The position numbers were made by a program, and so were the translations under genes. DNA of 64,000 bases from the human T2T-CHM13v2.0 reference genome, Homo sapiens, in assembly GCA_009914755.4 (NCBI GenBank), contig CP068257.2:24768001-24832000 (forward strand), in the 5' to 3' direction. Position 1 is the first letter of the stretch. Every line of letters begins with the position of its first letter. Positions 1-11,384 of the stretch are shown here, piece after piece. Below the pieces are notes generated by a model that saw only the letters and a program-made list of their open reading frames with translations, had not been told where the DNA came from and ran no database searches.

Positions 1-355
1 TTCAAACCTTATAATCCAGTTGAGAATGCCTGTCTGACATATTGAGCAATAATTAATTCCCTTAATAGCCATTTCCATGAGCAAGGCTTTCTCTTTTCCA
101 GACGGTTTCTATTAGTCTGGTCATGTTTTTTTCAACAGCTGCCTACAGCTTTCATGCCTTTTCTTTTCATACCTGATTTACTTCTGCCTGCTATTGTCTT
201 CTTTGCGGCTTTCACTTTACTCCTAGCCCTCTGTCCTCTGTCCCTAATCTTATTTCCAATGTCTTAGTCTCCAGTTCGATAATTCACATTTCCTTGTCTC
301 ACTGATTTCTTCTCATTCAATTATAATTTTGACATTTCTAAATATTGTATTTGTA

Positions 356-485
356 TTTTTTTTTGGTAGAGATGTGGTCTTGCTACACTGCCCACGCTCA
401 TCTTGAACTCCTGGTCCCAAGTGATCCTCCTGCTTTGGCCCTCCCAAAGCACTGGGATTACAGGCATAAACCACCATGCCCAGCC
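356..485 (-). mobile_element. Alu left-monomer-like fragment (FLAM/Alu left arm) in reverse orientation, preceded by a T-run
   Basis: The reverse complement reads ggctgggcatggtgg...cctgtaatcccagtgctttgggagggccaaagcaggaggatcacttg...gaccacatctctaccaaaaaaa, which matches the Alu left arm plus an A-tail. Confidence 0.7.
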
Positions 486-1665
486 TATTTATAATTAATA
501 TTGCTCCAGTATAACAGTGGAGCAAAGACATATACAATAATATTTTGAACCTACTTGTATAGAAGAGACATTGCTTCCATGGACTCTAGAAGAACAAGCT
601 TTTTCTCTAGTCCAAAGGGTTGATTATCTAAACTAGATAATATTTTGAAGGTACCTAGCTTAGGGTTAGACATCTGGAGAGTACTCTGTAAATGGTGATT
701 CCATTTCATCCTCATTGTGGAATTTCATAAACTACAGCTGGCAGACCAGGGAAGATATGTGCTCAAGAAAGTGCTCTTCCCTGAATCCCTCACGTCATAT
801 TGTTAGTGCCTCTTCTGCTTATTCACAAGACCAGTCATCGTAGAGGTTGGATTTGAATCTTGTATCTGTATATAATAGAAGCCACATTCAAACTATGTGA
901 AGTAAATGTGGACATGGGAAGATATTAAGGAGTCTCTTGCAATCCAAGGTCTAGGATTCAGGGATGCCTGCAATTAGGGCTAGCGACACCCTGAAGACTT
1001 TCTCACTCTGTTATTTCTGCACATCTATTTTATTCCTCTTTCCCTAAAGTCTTGCTTCTCATTCTCCCACAGCTTGAAACAAAGACTGACATTTCTACAA
1101 ACCAGGCCTTCCAAGAGAGATTGGCTTTCATTTCCAGGTTCAACATCGCCCTGGAAGAAATTGGTTCTTATTCATCTTGTGTGAAGTTCTCACCCTTAGA
1201 CTTATCTGGAAGGTTGAGGTTTTGGGGGAGATAATTACACACATGAACTCTGAGACACCACATTCTCTTGGTTCTCTTTGTGTCCTCCCCCCACCACCAT
1301 CCTTCTTAGCTCCTTTGCTGAATCTTCCCCATGTTACTGTCTCTAAACACTGGGAACTTAACACATGAATCTCTCCTCCGCCTATATTCACTCTCTACAC
1401 CATTTTATCTAGTCGTATGGCTTTAAATATCATTTAAATGCCGATGTTCCCCGTGGTGATATCTTTGGCTTTTTCTGCATACTTGAAGTCTGTACTCACT
1501 CATCTGCATACTTACGTATAGAACAGGGGGGTAGGAAAGAGCACAGACCCTGCAATCATGATGCCTGGGTTCAAGTCCTGTCTTCATCAGCCAACTTATG
1601 TGACCACTACAGATTACTTGCCTTCGATGTGCTTCGTATTTCTCATCTGTAAAATGGAGTTAACA

Positions 1666-1991
<326 letters not shown>

Positions 1992-2396
1992 CTACCTCAA
2001 AACATTTTTGTGTGGATTAAATAAAATAATGTATACGAGTCACTTAGAATGGGTCCTGGCACATGGGAATTACTATATAAATGTTTGCTGTCATTATTTC
2101 CAGGAATCTTGAACATATAAAATCTAAAATCAAACAATTATCTCTCATCTTTCTCTCACCTTCAGACCACAAAGAAAATAACTAATGAAATGCTCTTCCA
2201 GACATTTAATTTTCTTCCCTCAACCTCTAGCGTTTCCTCTCCATTCTTTACTCTCAGATTTTGATCTTGCTTCTTATTTCACTGAAAAAAAGCCCACTTT
2301 TCCTACTGACTTTCTCAACTCAAACAAAAACAATGAACTCTCTTTCTCTAGGTATACACAGCAAAATCACTGGTGTCAGAATTGGCCCATTTTTGT

Positions 2397-2490
2397 GGGG
2401 CATGGCGGCTAGTTGCCTGTAATTCCAGCTACTCAGGAAGCTGAGGTGGGAGGATAACCGGAGGCCAGGAGTTCCAGACACCTGTGTAAC
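2397..2490 (+). mobile_element. Alu right-arm fragment (old, AluJ-like)
   Basis: Reads ggcatggcggctagttgcctgtaattccagctactcaggaagctgaggtgggaggataaccggaggccaggagttccagaca, which resembles the start of the Alu right monomer. Confidence 0.6.
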
Positions 2491-2841
2491 AAAGTGATAC
2501 TTCATCCCTTAAACAAATATAGAAAAAGTAAAAAAAAAGTCAGCATTGTTCTTTTTAATATCTCATGTCTAATCTGTTAGCAGATCCGGTTCTCTACAGA
2601 ACTCAATAATTTTCACCACCATTACTGCCCCACTCCAAGAAATGTCCAGTCTCCTCTTGATTGAACAGTTTCAAGCAGATAATTAATCTCCCAGTGGCCA
2701 TACTTGCTCCTTTCCATTCTTTTATACTTAGAGCAACCCAGCTTTCTTTACTAAAGTCTCACCTCCTCGAGAGCAGGAACTTTTTCTCTTTTGGCTCCTG
2801 TTATCTTCCCAGCACCTAGAAAAGTGCCTGGCATGCAGTAG

Positions 2842-2843
<2 letters not shown>

Positions 2844-2886
<43 letters not shown>
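2844..2886. repeat. (AC)n microsatellite, about 21 units
   Basis: Uninterrupted acacac run. Confidence 0.97.
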
Positions 2887-2890
<4 letters not shown>

Positions 2891-3486
2891 TTCAATGAAA
2901 GAACCCACTAATCTGTAAGTTTATTGCCAACCCAGCTTCTTGGTTTATCAATTATTGTATTTCTTGACCATAATGCTCTGTCAAGCAAGGAGCAGGTGCT
3001 CAAAATGTATTTGTTCAATCAATCCCTGAGTTACTACGGAGGAATAATACAAGCACAAATTCCTCCTTCTACTTCCTTTCACATGTTGTCTTTTTGTTCT
3101 CCTCATTGTAAGGGCAACATAAAAACTCAAAGGAATAAATCTTTCTCGAACTAATAAAGGCTTATTTGTAAGGGTGACGAGCTGCAGATCAAGGTGGATT
3201 AAACAGAGCTGGAGGCAGGGGTTCCATTGAATAGAAACACAGAAGCAGAGCTGCCTGGGAGACTGCATGCAGGGAAATGATGGCAGGAGCTCTCTCCATG
3301 GGAGGTTATAGCAGCTCTTGATGGAGGAAAATGGGAATCTGTGAGTTCTTAGAAGCTGAAGAAAAAAGATCCTGGAACTTTACCATAGTAAGTAATAGCT
3401 TTGTTTTTTCTTCTTTCATTTATTCTTACCTTCCCACTTACTTCATTCCTTCTTTTTTTCCTTTCCTTTGTCATACTTGTACTGAA

Positions 3487-4345
3487 ATTAAGAATTTCAG
3501 GGTTTTGAACTAGAGGTCTATGAATTCTGACCACATACTGGCCATTTTTTTTTTATGGGAAAGTTCTTTAAAGTTCAGTTTCCTTAACTCTAGAATGAAC
3601 CTAAAAATACCTTTCTCAGAGCTTTATTCGAACAAGAAAATGAGATGATATATAAACAACTCTTAAAACATTGCCTGTTTTAAAATAAGTTTAAATATTT
3701 ATTTAAAAAGTAAATCCTCAGTCAATAAAGGAAATTTGCCTCTATTAATGTTCCTTTACTACAACACATATCTGATTAGTTATTGATATGGGTTGGCTGT
3801 GTTCCCACCCAAATCTCATCTTGAACTGTAGTTCCCATAATCCCCACATGTGGTGGGAGGGACCCGGTGGGAGGTAATTAACTCATGGGGGTGATTACTT
3901 CCATGCTGTTCTCGTGATAGTGAGTTCTCATGAGATCTGATGGTTGTATAATGAACTTTTCCCCTTTTGCTTGGCACTTCTCCTTGCTGCTGCCATGTGA
4001 CGAAAAGGTATTTGCTTCCCCTTCCACCATGATTGTAAGTTTCCTGAGGCCTCCTCAGCCCTGTGGAACTGTGAGTTAATTAAAACTCTTTTCTTTATAA
4101 ATTATCCAGTCTCAGGCAGTTCTTTATAGCAGCGTGAGAATGGACTAGTACAGTTATTTTACTTTGTTGATTATAATCCTAAAATAACTTTTCAGAGCAC
4201 CCAAAATAAGTTTAGACTCCTCACTGCAGCTTCCATGAACTTCATAATCTGGCTACCTCTGGTTTCATCTACTTAACCACCCTCATGTGCCATCTCTTCA
4301 CCAGACACGTGGGAAAACTGTGGTTTCCTAAATGCCCTGTTGTAT
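3487..4345. repeat. Left arm of a large inverted repeat (arm sequence 3487-3783 and 4158-4345, split by a THE1 LTR insertion)
   Basis: The reverse complement of 4693-5140 aligns with these two segments at about 85-90% identity by eye. For example, ggttttgaactagaggtctatgaattctgacc...ttccttaactctagaatgaacct on the left matches the reverse complement of aggttcattctagagttaaggaaattgaag on the right. Likewise ttattttactttgttgattataatcctaaaataac matches the reverse complement of 4860-4895. Confidence 0.75.
3784..4152 (+). mobile_element. MaLR solo LTR (THE1/MST family), about 369 bp, with 5-bp TSD GTTAT (3779-3783 and 4153-4157)
   Basis: Starts tgatatgggttggctgtgttcccacccaaatctcatcttgaactgtagttcccataatccccacatgtggtgggagggacccggtgggaggtaatta and ends gcagcgtgagaatggactagtaca. 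This matches the THE1/MST LTR consensus termini (TGATATGG...ACTAATACA). Confidence 0.85.
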
Positions 4346-4692
4346 CCTCAGAGTACCCGCATTGTTGTCACCTCTATCTAGAATGTCTTTCTCCTTTTTA
4401 GAAGATTCCTATTCATTCTTTAAAACTCAGCTCAAACCTCAAAAGCTCCTAGATAATGATCACTTTCGCCGCAGTCTCATTCAGAGGCTCTTCCACGTGG
4501 ATGGGAATAATACCTTTGGTGTACCCCCATCCACATAGTGCTACATTGAAGCTTTCTCGGATTGTTCTATTAGTGTTTTTTGGCTTCACTGTATCCCCTT
4601 GCCCTACAATCTAGTGCCATAAACTCCATAGGTACAAGAACTTCATCTGTGTCTTCACCTCTTCAGATGCCTGACATGCATGCAATGTGGAT

Positions 4693-5140
4693 AAGCTGAG
4701 GATACAACAGGTTGTTCAGCAAACCACAATTGTCTCATGTGTCTGGTGAAGAGAAGGCATGTGAGGGTGGTTAAGTAGATGAAACCAAAGGTAGGCAGAA
4801 GCCAGTTTATGAAGTTCATGGAAGCTACAATGAGGAATCTGAACATATTTTGGGTGCTCTAAAAAGTAATTTTAGGATTATAATCAACAAAGTAAAATAA
4901 TTAATAGAAGGGTTTCTTTATTTATTGAAGATTTATTTATTTTAAAAACAAATGGCAATGTTTTAGGAGTTACTTATATAGCATCTCATTTAATTCTTCT
5001 AACAAACCTTTAAGAAAAATATTATTAGGTTCATTCTAGAGTTAAGGAAATTGAAGTTTAGAGAACTTTCCCATAAAAACTATGGCCAGCGTGTGCTCAT
5101 AATTCACAGACCCCTAGTTTAAAATCTCAAAATTCTTAAT
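4693..5140. repeat. Right arm of the inverted repeat, no LTR insertion; spacer is 4353-4695
   Basis: Reverse-complement match to 3487-3783 and 4158-4345. The outer homology ends near attaagaatt on both arms. Confidence 0.75.
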
Positions 5141-5299
5141 CACTATTCTACTTGTGGCTAGAATAGAGACTGAAATGGGAGAGCAGCACAGTAGATGCGG
5201 AGAAATGAATTAGTATGCTATTTCACTAAACTTGGAGGAAAATGATGAGTACAAATAATGGCAGTGAAGAATTAAGGAAAAAATGACTTTGATACAAAT

Positions 5300-6130
5300 A
5301 AAGGAGATAGAATTTATAGAATGGTGACTACTGGATGAGGAAGGGCAAGTGAGAGGAGAGTGTTTAGAGTGGCTGTGAGGTGTATGGCCATGGCCACTGA
5401 GTGGCAAGCAGGGCCATTCACAGAGATATAGGCGGATCAGGCTTGGGAGGGGCTCAGATGCATTGAGTGTGAGGGTCCTGTAGGACATCAGCAGTTGTAT
5501 ATACCGGGTTGAAGCCCAGTAAGGGATCATGAGTTATAGGACAACCATCTGCACATACACAGATAAGCTGGCTTAGGGATGGTTAGTGGACTGAGTAGAG
5601 CCAAGGGCTTAAGATGGAGCCTTGGAAACCTAAACATTGACAGGAAGAAAACCTATAAAAGGAGTCTGAAAGGGAACAGAAGGAGAAGTGGGAATAAAGG
5701 TAGAAGAGACTGATATCCTAGAAGCTAAGGAGGAAGGATTCTGAATCAAGGACATGTCCAACAATGGTAAATACCACGATGAGGGCAAACAAGATAAAAA
5801 CAGAAATATGTTTTCTTTATTTCATGATATCAGGGTCATTGTTCAACTTATCAAAAGAAATGTACTCAGGGTTAAGGAAGCTGGATCTATCTGGCAGATG
5901 AAGGAGTAGATAGAAAGTAAGGGATTGGCACAGCCAAGGTGTATGAAGGTATGGCAAGGTCACCGGAGCAGGACAGGGGTCAGGGGACGATTATTGGGAG
6001 GGGACTGTGGAGGTGATGTGAGAGAGGATGGACTCTAAGGAAATAATGGAAAGATTATTCTTGGATAACAATTATGTTGAGAGACCTCAGAGATAGATTA
6101 CTGACTTGTTTCAAATTGGTGTGTGAGGTG
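5300..6130 (-). mobile_element. L2 (ancient LINE) fragment, antisense
   Basis: G/A-rich sequence reading ...ggagccttggaaacctaaacattgacagg...ggaataaaggtagaagagactgatatcctagaagctaaggaggaagg, similar to the reverse complement of the L2 ORF2/3' region consensus. Confidence 0.45.
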
Positions 6131-8237
6131 AGGGAGAAGAGATGCTATCTATATCTTTTTCAGCTTATTTAGGCTTGCAACCTGGACAAATACTGCTACA
6201 TCTTTACATGTAAAATAGGTTTTCTTTCCTTTTCATTTATTCCCTGTTTATATCCCTTTCTTTCTACCTACTAAAGCACAGGAGCTTGGAGAATAGAAGC
6301 TCTGATCTTAACTCCCCACCAACAAATTTGTTTTTCTTCACTGAAGTCGATTTCTTCTTTCAGCACATTAGTATTAACAGTCCCCATGACAATGCTACCA
6401 GGAGAAGATTTTGAGCAGGGTTAGGATGCTCATTTGATACTGCACTGTATCCAGAGTTATCAACATGTCAAGTTGACTTTCTGTTTCTGTAGCCTTGATC
6501 CTTCCTTTAGAAACAGGATAGATCCTTTATACTGACTTTAGTTACACTTGATTGAAAGACTAAGCAATATAATATTTTGAGTATTTCAGTATAGGAATCA
6601 CAAAACAGAGTCTCCCTTTCTTAACTAGAACAGGGACACAGGTATTTATAATCACATAGAGGGACCATGGTGAATATTCCCTTTGTGTTCAAAAGTGAGG
6701 CTTTAAATAAGTGGCAGCTTATTCATTTCAGATGCATTTTATTGCAGTGGAGGAAGGAGGAGAAGCAAGTGAAGACAATGAAGGTAAGATGGTTAGGAAG
6801 CTTCAGATAGCGTTGTTTCTTTATACTTCAGGGGCAGAGGATGATGGAAGACGTAGGATCCGACGTTGGTTCTGCCCTTTGGAATTTGTACGTAGGCTTT
6901 AGCTTTTCCCAACAATAAGCACGGCAATCTGCAATTTCTTCACATCTGAGTGGCAGTGACTTCACTCATAGGTAGTATCAAATGGCCTGCAACCAGTGGC
7001 ATTTGCTTATTCTGCCAAGGTATTATGCCAACACTGCCTGGAATCTATGCTCATTATGGTAAGCATAACTTAGACCAGTTGGTCACCAGTGAATGTGTAA
7101 GAACTCTAGAATCTCTGACACTGTCTGCTGTGAATACTCAATGATAGTTAAAAAGTTGCTACTGACAGGGTGGAAGCCTGCAGCCAGTCAATCAATGAGT
7201 AGTATTTTGGAGCCTTACTTAGCTAAACTTAACAAATATGTGAATAGCTGTGGTGAGTTTTTTGTTACACGTTAGGATTGAGGTTTGACTGCTCTCCTGT
7301 TTTCCCCAGAAGCCCAGGACAATGAAGTCACTGGTTATTTGCACATTTGCACCATTTCACTACTTATTAAAAGTAACAACTGAAATTTGTATTATTCCTT
7401 CTGTTCATAAGTTATTTTCCCATGTTATCTTATTTGAAACTCAAAACAATGTTAAGGAGAATAGAATTATTCTTGCAAATTTAGAGATGAGAGAAAACAA
7501 GCCTCAGGATGCTCCAGTGCTGTAACTAAAATCACAGAACCAGTAACAGGCCAAGGGGAAACTTGGTGCCTGTCTTGTTGTTCTTAACCTGGAGTCAGGA
7601 ATCTTTCAGAGTTTTGTGAGCCAGTGAAATCAGTAGGTTTCTGGGGTTAGGAGTTCCAGAACAAAGAGATCTTGGAGCTTGATGGAGAATGGGCTTCTTA
7701 GTATTGGTCATTGTTGAGATCAAATGCAGTAACAGTAGCAACAAATAGCTTTGCCATTCTGGGGAATCTTGTGCCTCAAGGAATTGCAAAACCCTTCAGC
7801 CCTAACCAGGCTTGGATAAAGTGTGTTCTTAGGTCTCATCTAGCAAATTCTATTTTATGCGGGGCACGGAAGCTTAAAATATTTATTTTTGCATATTTTA
7901 CATAAGCAGGTAAAAGAAGATGAAAACAAGCACAATTGAAAGAATAATCAGTTTGTTACAAATTTTTTCCTATAATTCAAGCATAGAATTTCTTTTGTAA
8001 GTCAATCTTCTAAAAGAAATAGAAGTTTTAAAATAAAATAATTTTTAATATATGACAATTTAGGAGGAGGCAGAGCAAGATAGCCAGATAGAACCCTCCA
8101 GCGATCATCCCCCTGGAGGACATCAAATTGAACTATTCACCTAAGAAAGCACCTTCATAAGAATCTACAACATGGCCATTAAAAAAGCATTGGTTAAATA
8201 AATATCGATACTTCCACATTATGAATCAATACAGAGG

Positions 8238-8542
8238 TTTTTTGTCTGTTTGTTTTGTTTTATTTTGGCCTGCCTCTGCTGCTTAGGCTGGAGTGCAGTG
8301 GCACGATCTCGGATCACTGCAACCTCCACCTCCTAGGCTCAAGCCATCAAGTAGCTTAGACCACAGGCATGCACCACCATGCCTGGCTGGGATCACAGGC
8401 ATGTACCACCACACCTGGCTAATTTCTGAATTTTTTTTTTCTAGAGGCAGGATTTTGCCACATTGCCAAGGCTGGTCTTGAAATCTGCTCAGCTAAACCT
8501 CCTAAACTGCTGGGGCTACAGGTGTGAGGCACCATGCCTGGC
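8238..8542 (-). mobile_element. Alu (AluJ-like) in reverse orientation with a leading T-rich tail
   Basis: Reads ggctggagtgcagtggcacgatctcgg...cctcctaggctcaagc...ctggctaatttctgaattttttttttctagaggcagg...ccaaggctggtcttgaa...ctgctggggctacaggtgtgaggcaccatgcctggcc. Confidence 0.85.
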
Positions 8543-8643
8543 CTCACTGCAGAGTTTTAAAACTTGATAGTGTTGAAAATATCTAATGAAACAGAAACAC
8601 ATATACAATTAATTTTTATGTTAAAAAGCAGCATATACAGCAC

Positions 8644-8667
8644 TGTGTGTGTGTGTGTGTGTGTGTG
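8644..8667. repeat. (TG)n microsatellite
   Basis: tgtgtg run. Confidence 0.95.
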
Positions 8668-8849
8668 AATGACACAGATAAATACAAAATCTTAGTAGTA
8701 GCTACCTCTGGTTCAGAGATATGCTGGTTGGATTTTCTGAGAGGTAGACAGTGTGATAAATTGAAGAGTGCGATAGGATTATTGGGGACTCAACAAATGG
8801 TGTTGGGCAAACTGAGTATCCACATGTAAAATAATGAAGTTAAATGTTT

Positions 8850-9132
8850 ATCTTACATTATATACAAAAATTAACTCAAAATGGATCAAAGACCTAAATG
8901 AAAGACCTAAAACTATAAAACTCTTATAAGAAGAAACATAAGGGAAAAACTTGATGACACTGGTTTTGACGCCAATTTCTTGGTTAGAAAGCACAGGCAA
9001 CAAAATAAATATAAATAAATTGGACTACATCAAAATTAAAAACTTTTGTGCATGAAAGTGTATAATCCACAGAGTAAAAAGGCAGCATATGGAATGGGAA
9101 AAATATTTGCAAATCATATGTATTAGTCTGTT
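8850..9132 (+). mobile_element. L1M-type LINE-1 ORF2 3' region, part 1, interrupted by the THE1 insertion
   Basis: Reads atacaaaaattaactcaaaatggatcaaagacctaaatgaaagacctaaaactataaaactcttataagaagaaacataagg...aatgggaaaaatatttgcaaatcata, which matches old L1 ORF2 3' sequence. It continues in frame at 11385. Confidence 0.75.
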
Positions 9133-9137
9133 CTCAC

Positions 9138-9490
9138 ACTGCTAATAAAGACATACCCAAGATTGGGTAATTTATAAAGGAAAGAGGTTTAATTGACTCA
9201 CAGTTCTTCAGGGCTGGGGAGGCCACAGAAAACCTTACAATCATGGTGGAAGGAGAAGTAAACATGTTCTTCGAATGGCGGCAGCAAGGAGAAGTGCCAA
9301 GCAAAAGGAGAAAACCCCTTATAAAACCATCAGATCTTGTGAGAACTTACTCACTATCATGAGAACAGCATGGAGGTAACCACCCCCATGATTCAATTAC
9401 CTCCCACTGGGTCCCTCCCACAACATATGGGGATTATGAGAACTACAATTCAAGATGATATTTGAGTGGGGACATAGCCAAATCATATCA
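9138..9490 (-). mobile_element. THE1-like LTR (the 3' LTR in element orientation)
   Basis: Reverse-complement THE1 LTR ending gacatagccaaatcatatca. Confidence 0.85.
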
Positions 9491-11005
9491 TTCCACCCTG
9501 GCCTCTCCCAAATCTCGTATCTTCACATTTCAAAACACAATCATGCTTTTTCAACAGTCCCCCAAAGTCTTAGCTCATTCCAGCATTAACTCAGAAGTCC
9601 AAGTCCAAAGTTTCATCTGAGACAAGGCAAGTCCCTTCTGCCTGTGGGCCTGTAAAATTAAAAGCAAGTTAGTTACTTCCTAGATACAATGAGGGTACAT
9701 GCTTATGTTCCAAATGGGAGGAAGTGGCCAAAACGAAGGAGCTACAGGCCTCGTGCAAGTCCAAAATCCAATGGGTAGTCATTAAACCTTACAGTTGAAA
9801 AATGATCTCCTTTGACTCCATGTCTCACATCCAGGGCATCCTGATACAAGAGGTGGGTTTCCAGGGCCTTGAGCTCCATTCCTGTGGCTTTGCAGGGTAC
9901 AGCCCCCTCCCAGCTGCTTTCATGGGCTAGCTTTGAGTGTCTGTGGCTTTTCCAGGTGCACAGTGCAAGCTGTTGTTGGATCTACCATTCTGGGGTCTGG
10001 AGAATGATGGCCCTTTTCTCACAGCTCCACTAGGGAGTGCCCCAGTGGGGACTCTGTGTGAGGGCTCCAACCCCACATTTACCTTCCACATTGCCCTAGC
10101 TGAGGGTCTCCATAAGGGCTCTGCCTCTGCAGCAAACTTCTGCATGGACATCTGGGCCTTTTCATACATCCTCTGAAATCTAGGTATGGGTCCAAAACCT
10201 CAATTCTTGACTTCTGTGCACCTACAGGCTCAACACCACAAAGCTGCCAAGTCTTGAGGCTTGCACCCTTTGAAGCTATAGCCTGAGCTGTACCTTGGCC
10301 CCTTTTAGCCACAGCTGGAGCAGCTGGGATGCAGGGCACCAAGTCTGGAGGGTGCACACAGCAGGGGGGCCCTGGACCTGGCCCAGGAGACCATTTTTCC
10401 CTCCTAGACCTCTGGTCTGTGATAAGAGGGGCTGCTGCAAAGCTCTCTGACATGCCCTGTAGACATTTTCCCTGTTGTCTTGGTGGTTAGCATTTGGCTC
10501 CTCATTACTTATGCAAATTTCTGCAGCCAGTTTGAATTTTTCCTTAGAAAATGGTTTTTTCTTTTCTGCTGCATCATCAGCCTGCAAAATTTTCAAACTT
10601 TTATGCTCTGCTTTCTCTTGAATACTGTGACACTTAGAAGCTTCCTCTTCCAGATATACTAAATCATCTCTCTCAAGTTCAAAGTTCCACAGATCTCTAG
10701 GGCAGGGGGAAAAATGCCTCCAGTCTCTTTGCATAGCAAGAGTGACCTTTACTGCAGTTCCCAACAAGTTTCTCATCTTGATCTGAGACTACCTCAGCCT
10801 GGACATTGTTGTCCATATTACTATCAGCATTTTGGTCAAAGTCATTCAGCAAGCCTCTCAGAAGTTCCAAACTTTCCCACATTTTCCTATCCTCTCCTGA
10901 GCCCTCCAAACTGTTTTAGCCTCTGCCTGTTACCCAGTTCCCAAGTCACTTCCACATTTTCGGGTATCTTTACAGCAGCAGCCAATTCTACCAGTACCAG
11001 TCTAC
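9491..11005 (-). mobile_element. THE1 internal region (MaLR-int) carrying the ORF remnants at 10276-10776 and 10079-10453
   Basis: About 1.5 kb between the paired LTRs. MaLR internal regions are about 1.5-1.6 kb and carry a non-retroviral ORF remnant (established knowledge). The 166-aa and 124-aa ORFs are on the element sense strand. Confidence 0.7.
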
Positions 11006-11379
11006 TGTATTAGTCTCTTCTCACACTGCTAATAAAGACATAATCGAGACTGGGTAATTTATAAAGGAAAGAGGTTCAACTGACTCACAGTTCCACAGGG
11101 CTGAGGAGGCCTCAGAAAACTTACAATCACGGTGGAAGGGGAAGCAAAAACATCCTTCTTCACAAGCAGCAGCAAGTAGTAGTGCCAAGCAAAAGGGAAA
11201 AAGCCCCTTATAAAACCATCAGATCACATGAGAACTCACTCATAATCATGAGAACAGCATGGAGGTAACCACCTCCATGATTCAATGACTTCCTACTAGG
11301 TCCCTCCCATGACACGGGGGGATTATGGGAACCAAAACTCAAGATGAGATTTGAGTGGGAACACAGCCAAACCATATCA
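11006..11379 (-). mobile_element. THE1-like LTR (the 5' LTR in element orientation)
   Basis: Reads tgtattagtctcttctcacactgctaataaagacataatcgagactgggtaatttataaaggaaagaggttcaactgactcacag...gaacacagccaaaccatatca. Confidence 0.85.
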
Positions 11380-11384
11380 TCATA

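Larger units (their letters stand above)
9138..11379 (-). mobile_element. Full-length THE1-like MaLR retroelement (LTR-internal-LTR, about 2.24 kb) in reverse orientation with 5-bp TSD TCATA (9133-9137 and 11380-11384)
   Basis: Two about-360-bp LTR copies in the same orientation lie 1.5 kb apart. Both read tgtattagtct..ttctcacactgctaataaagacata...ccaaa.catatca, the reverse complement of a TGATATGG...ACTAATACA LTR. The flanking L1 sequence is continuous across the element once one TCATA copy is removed (aaatcatat/atctggtaag). Confidence 0.85.

Noticed and set aside
8063-8160. Possible L1 5'UTR start (ggaggaggcagagcaagatagccagatagaaccctccagcg resembles GGAGGAGCCAAGATGGCCGAATAGGAACAGCTCC)
   Set aside because: The similarity is short and the downstream sequence does not continue as L1 5'UTR that I can recognise. 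Confidence is too low to list as a feature.
10276-10776. Longest ORF (166 aa, -) and neighbouring 124-aa ORF
   Set aside because: Both lie in the internal region of the THE1-like element on its sense strand. They are remnants of the MaLR internal ORF, not a host gene.
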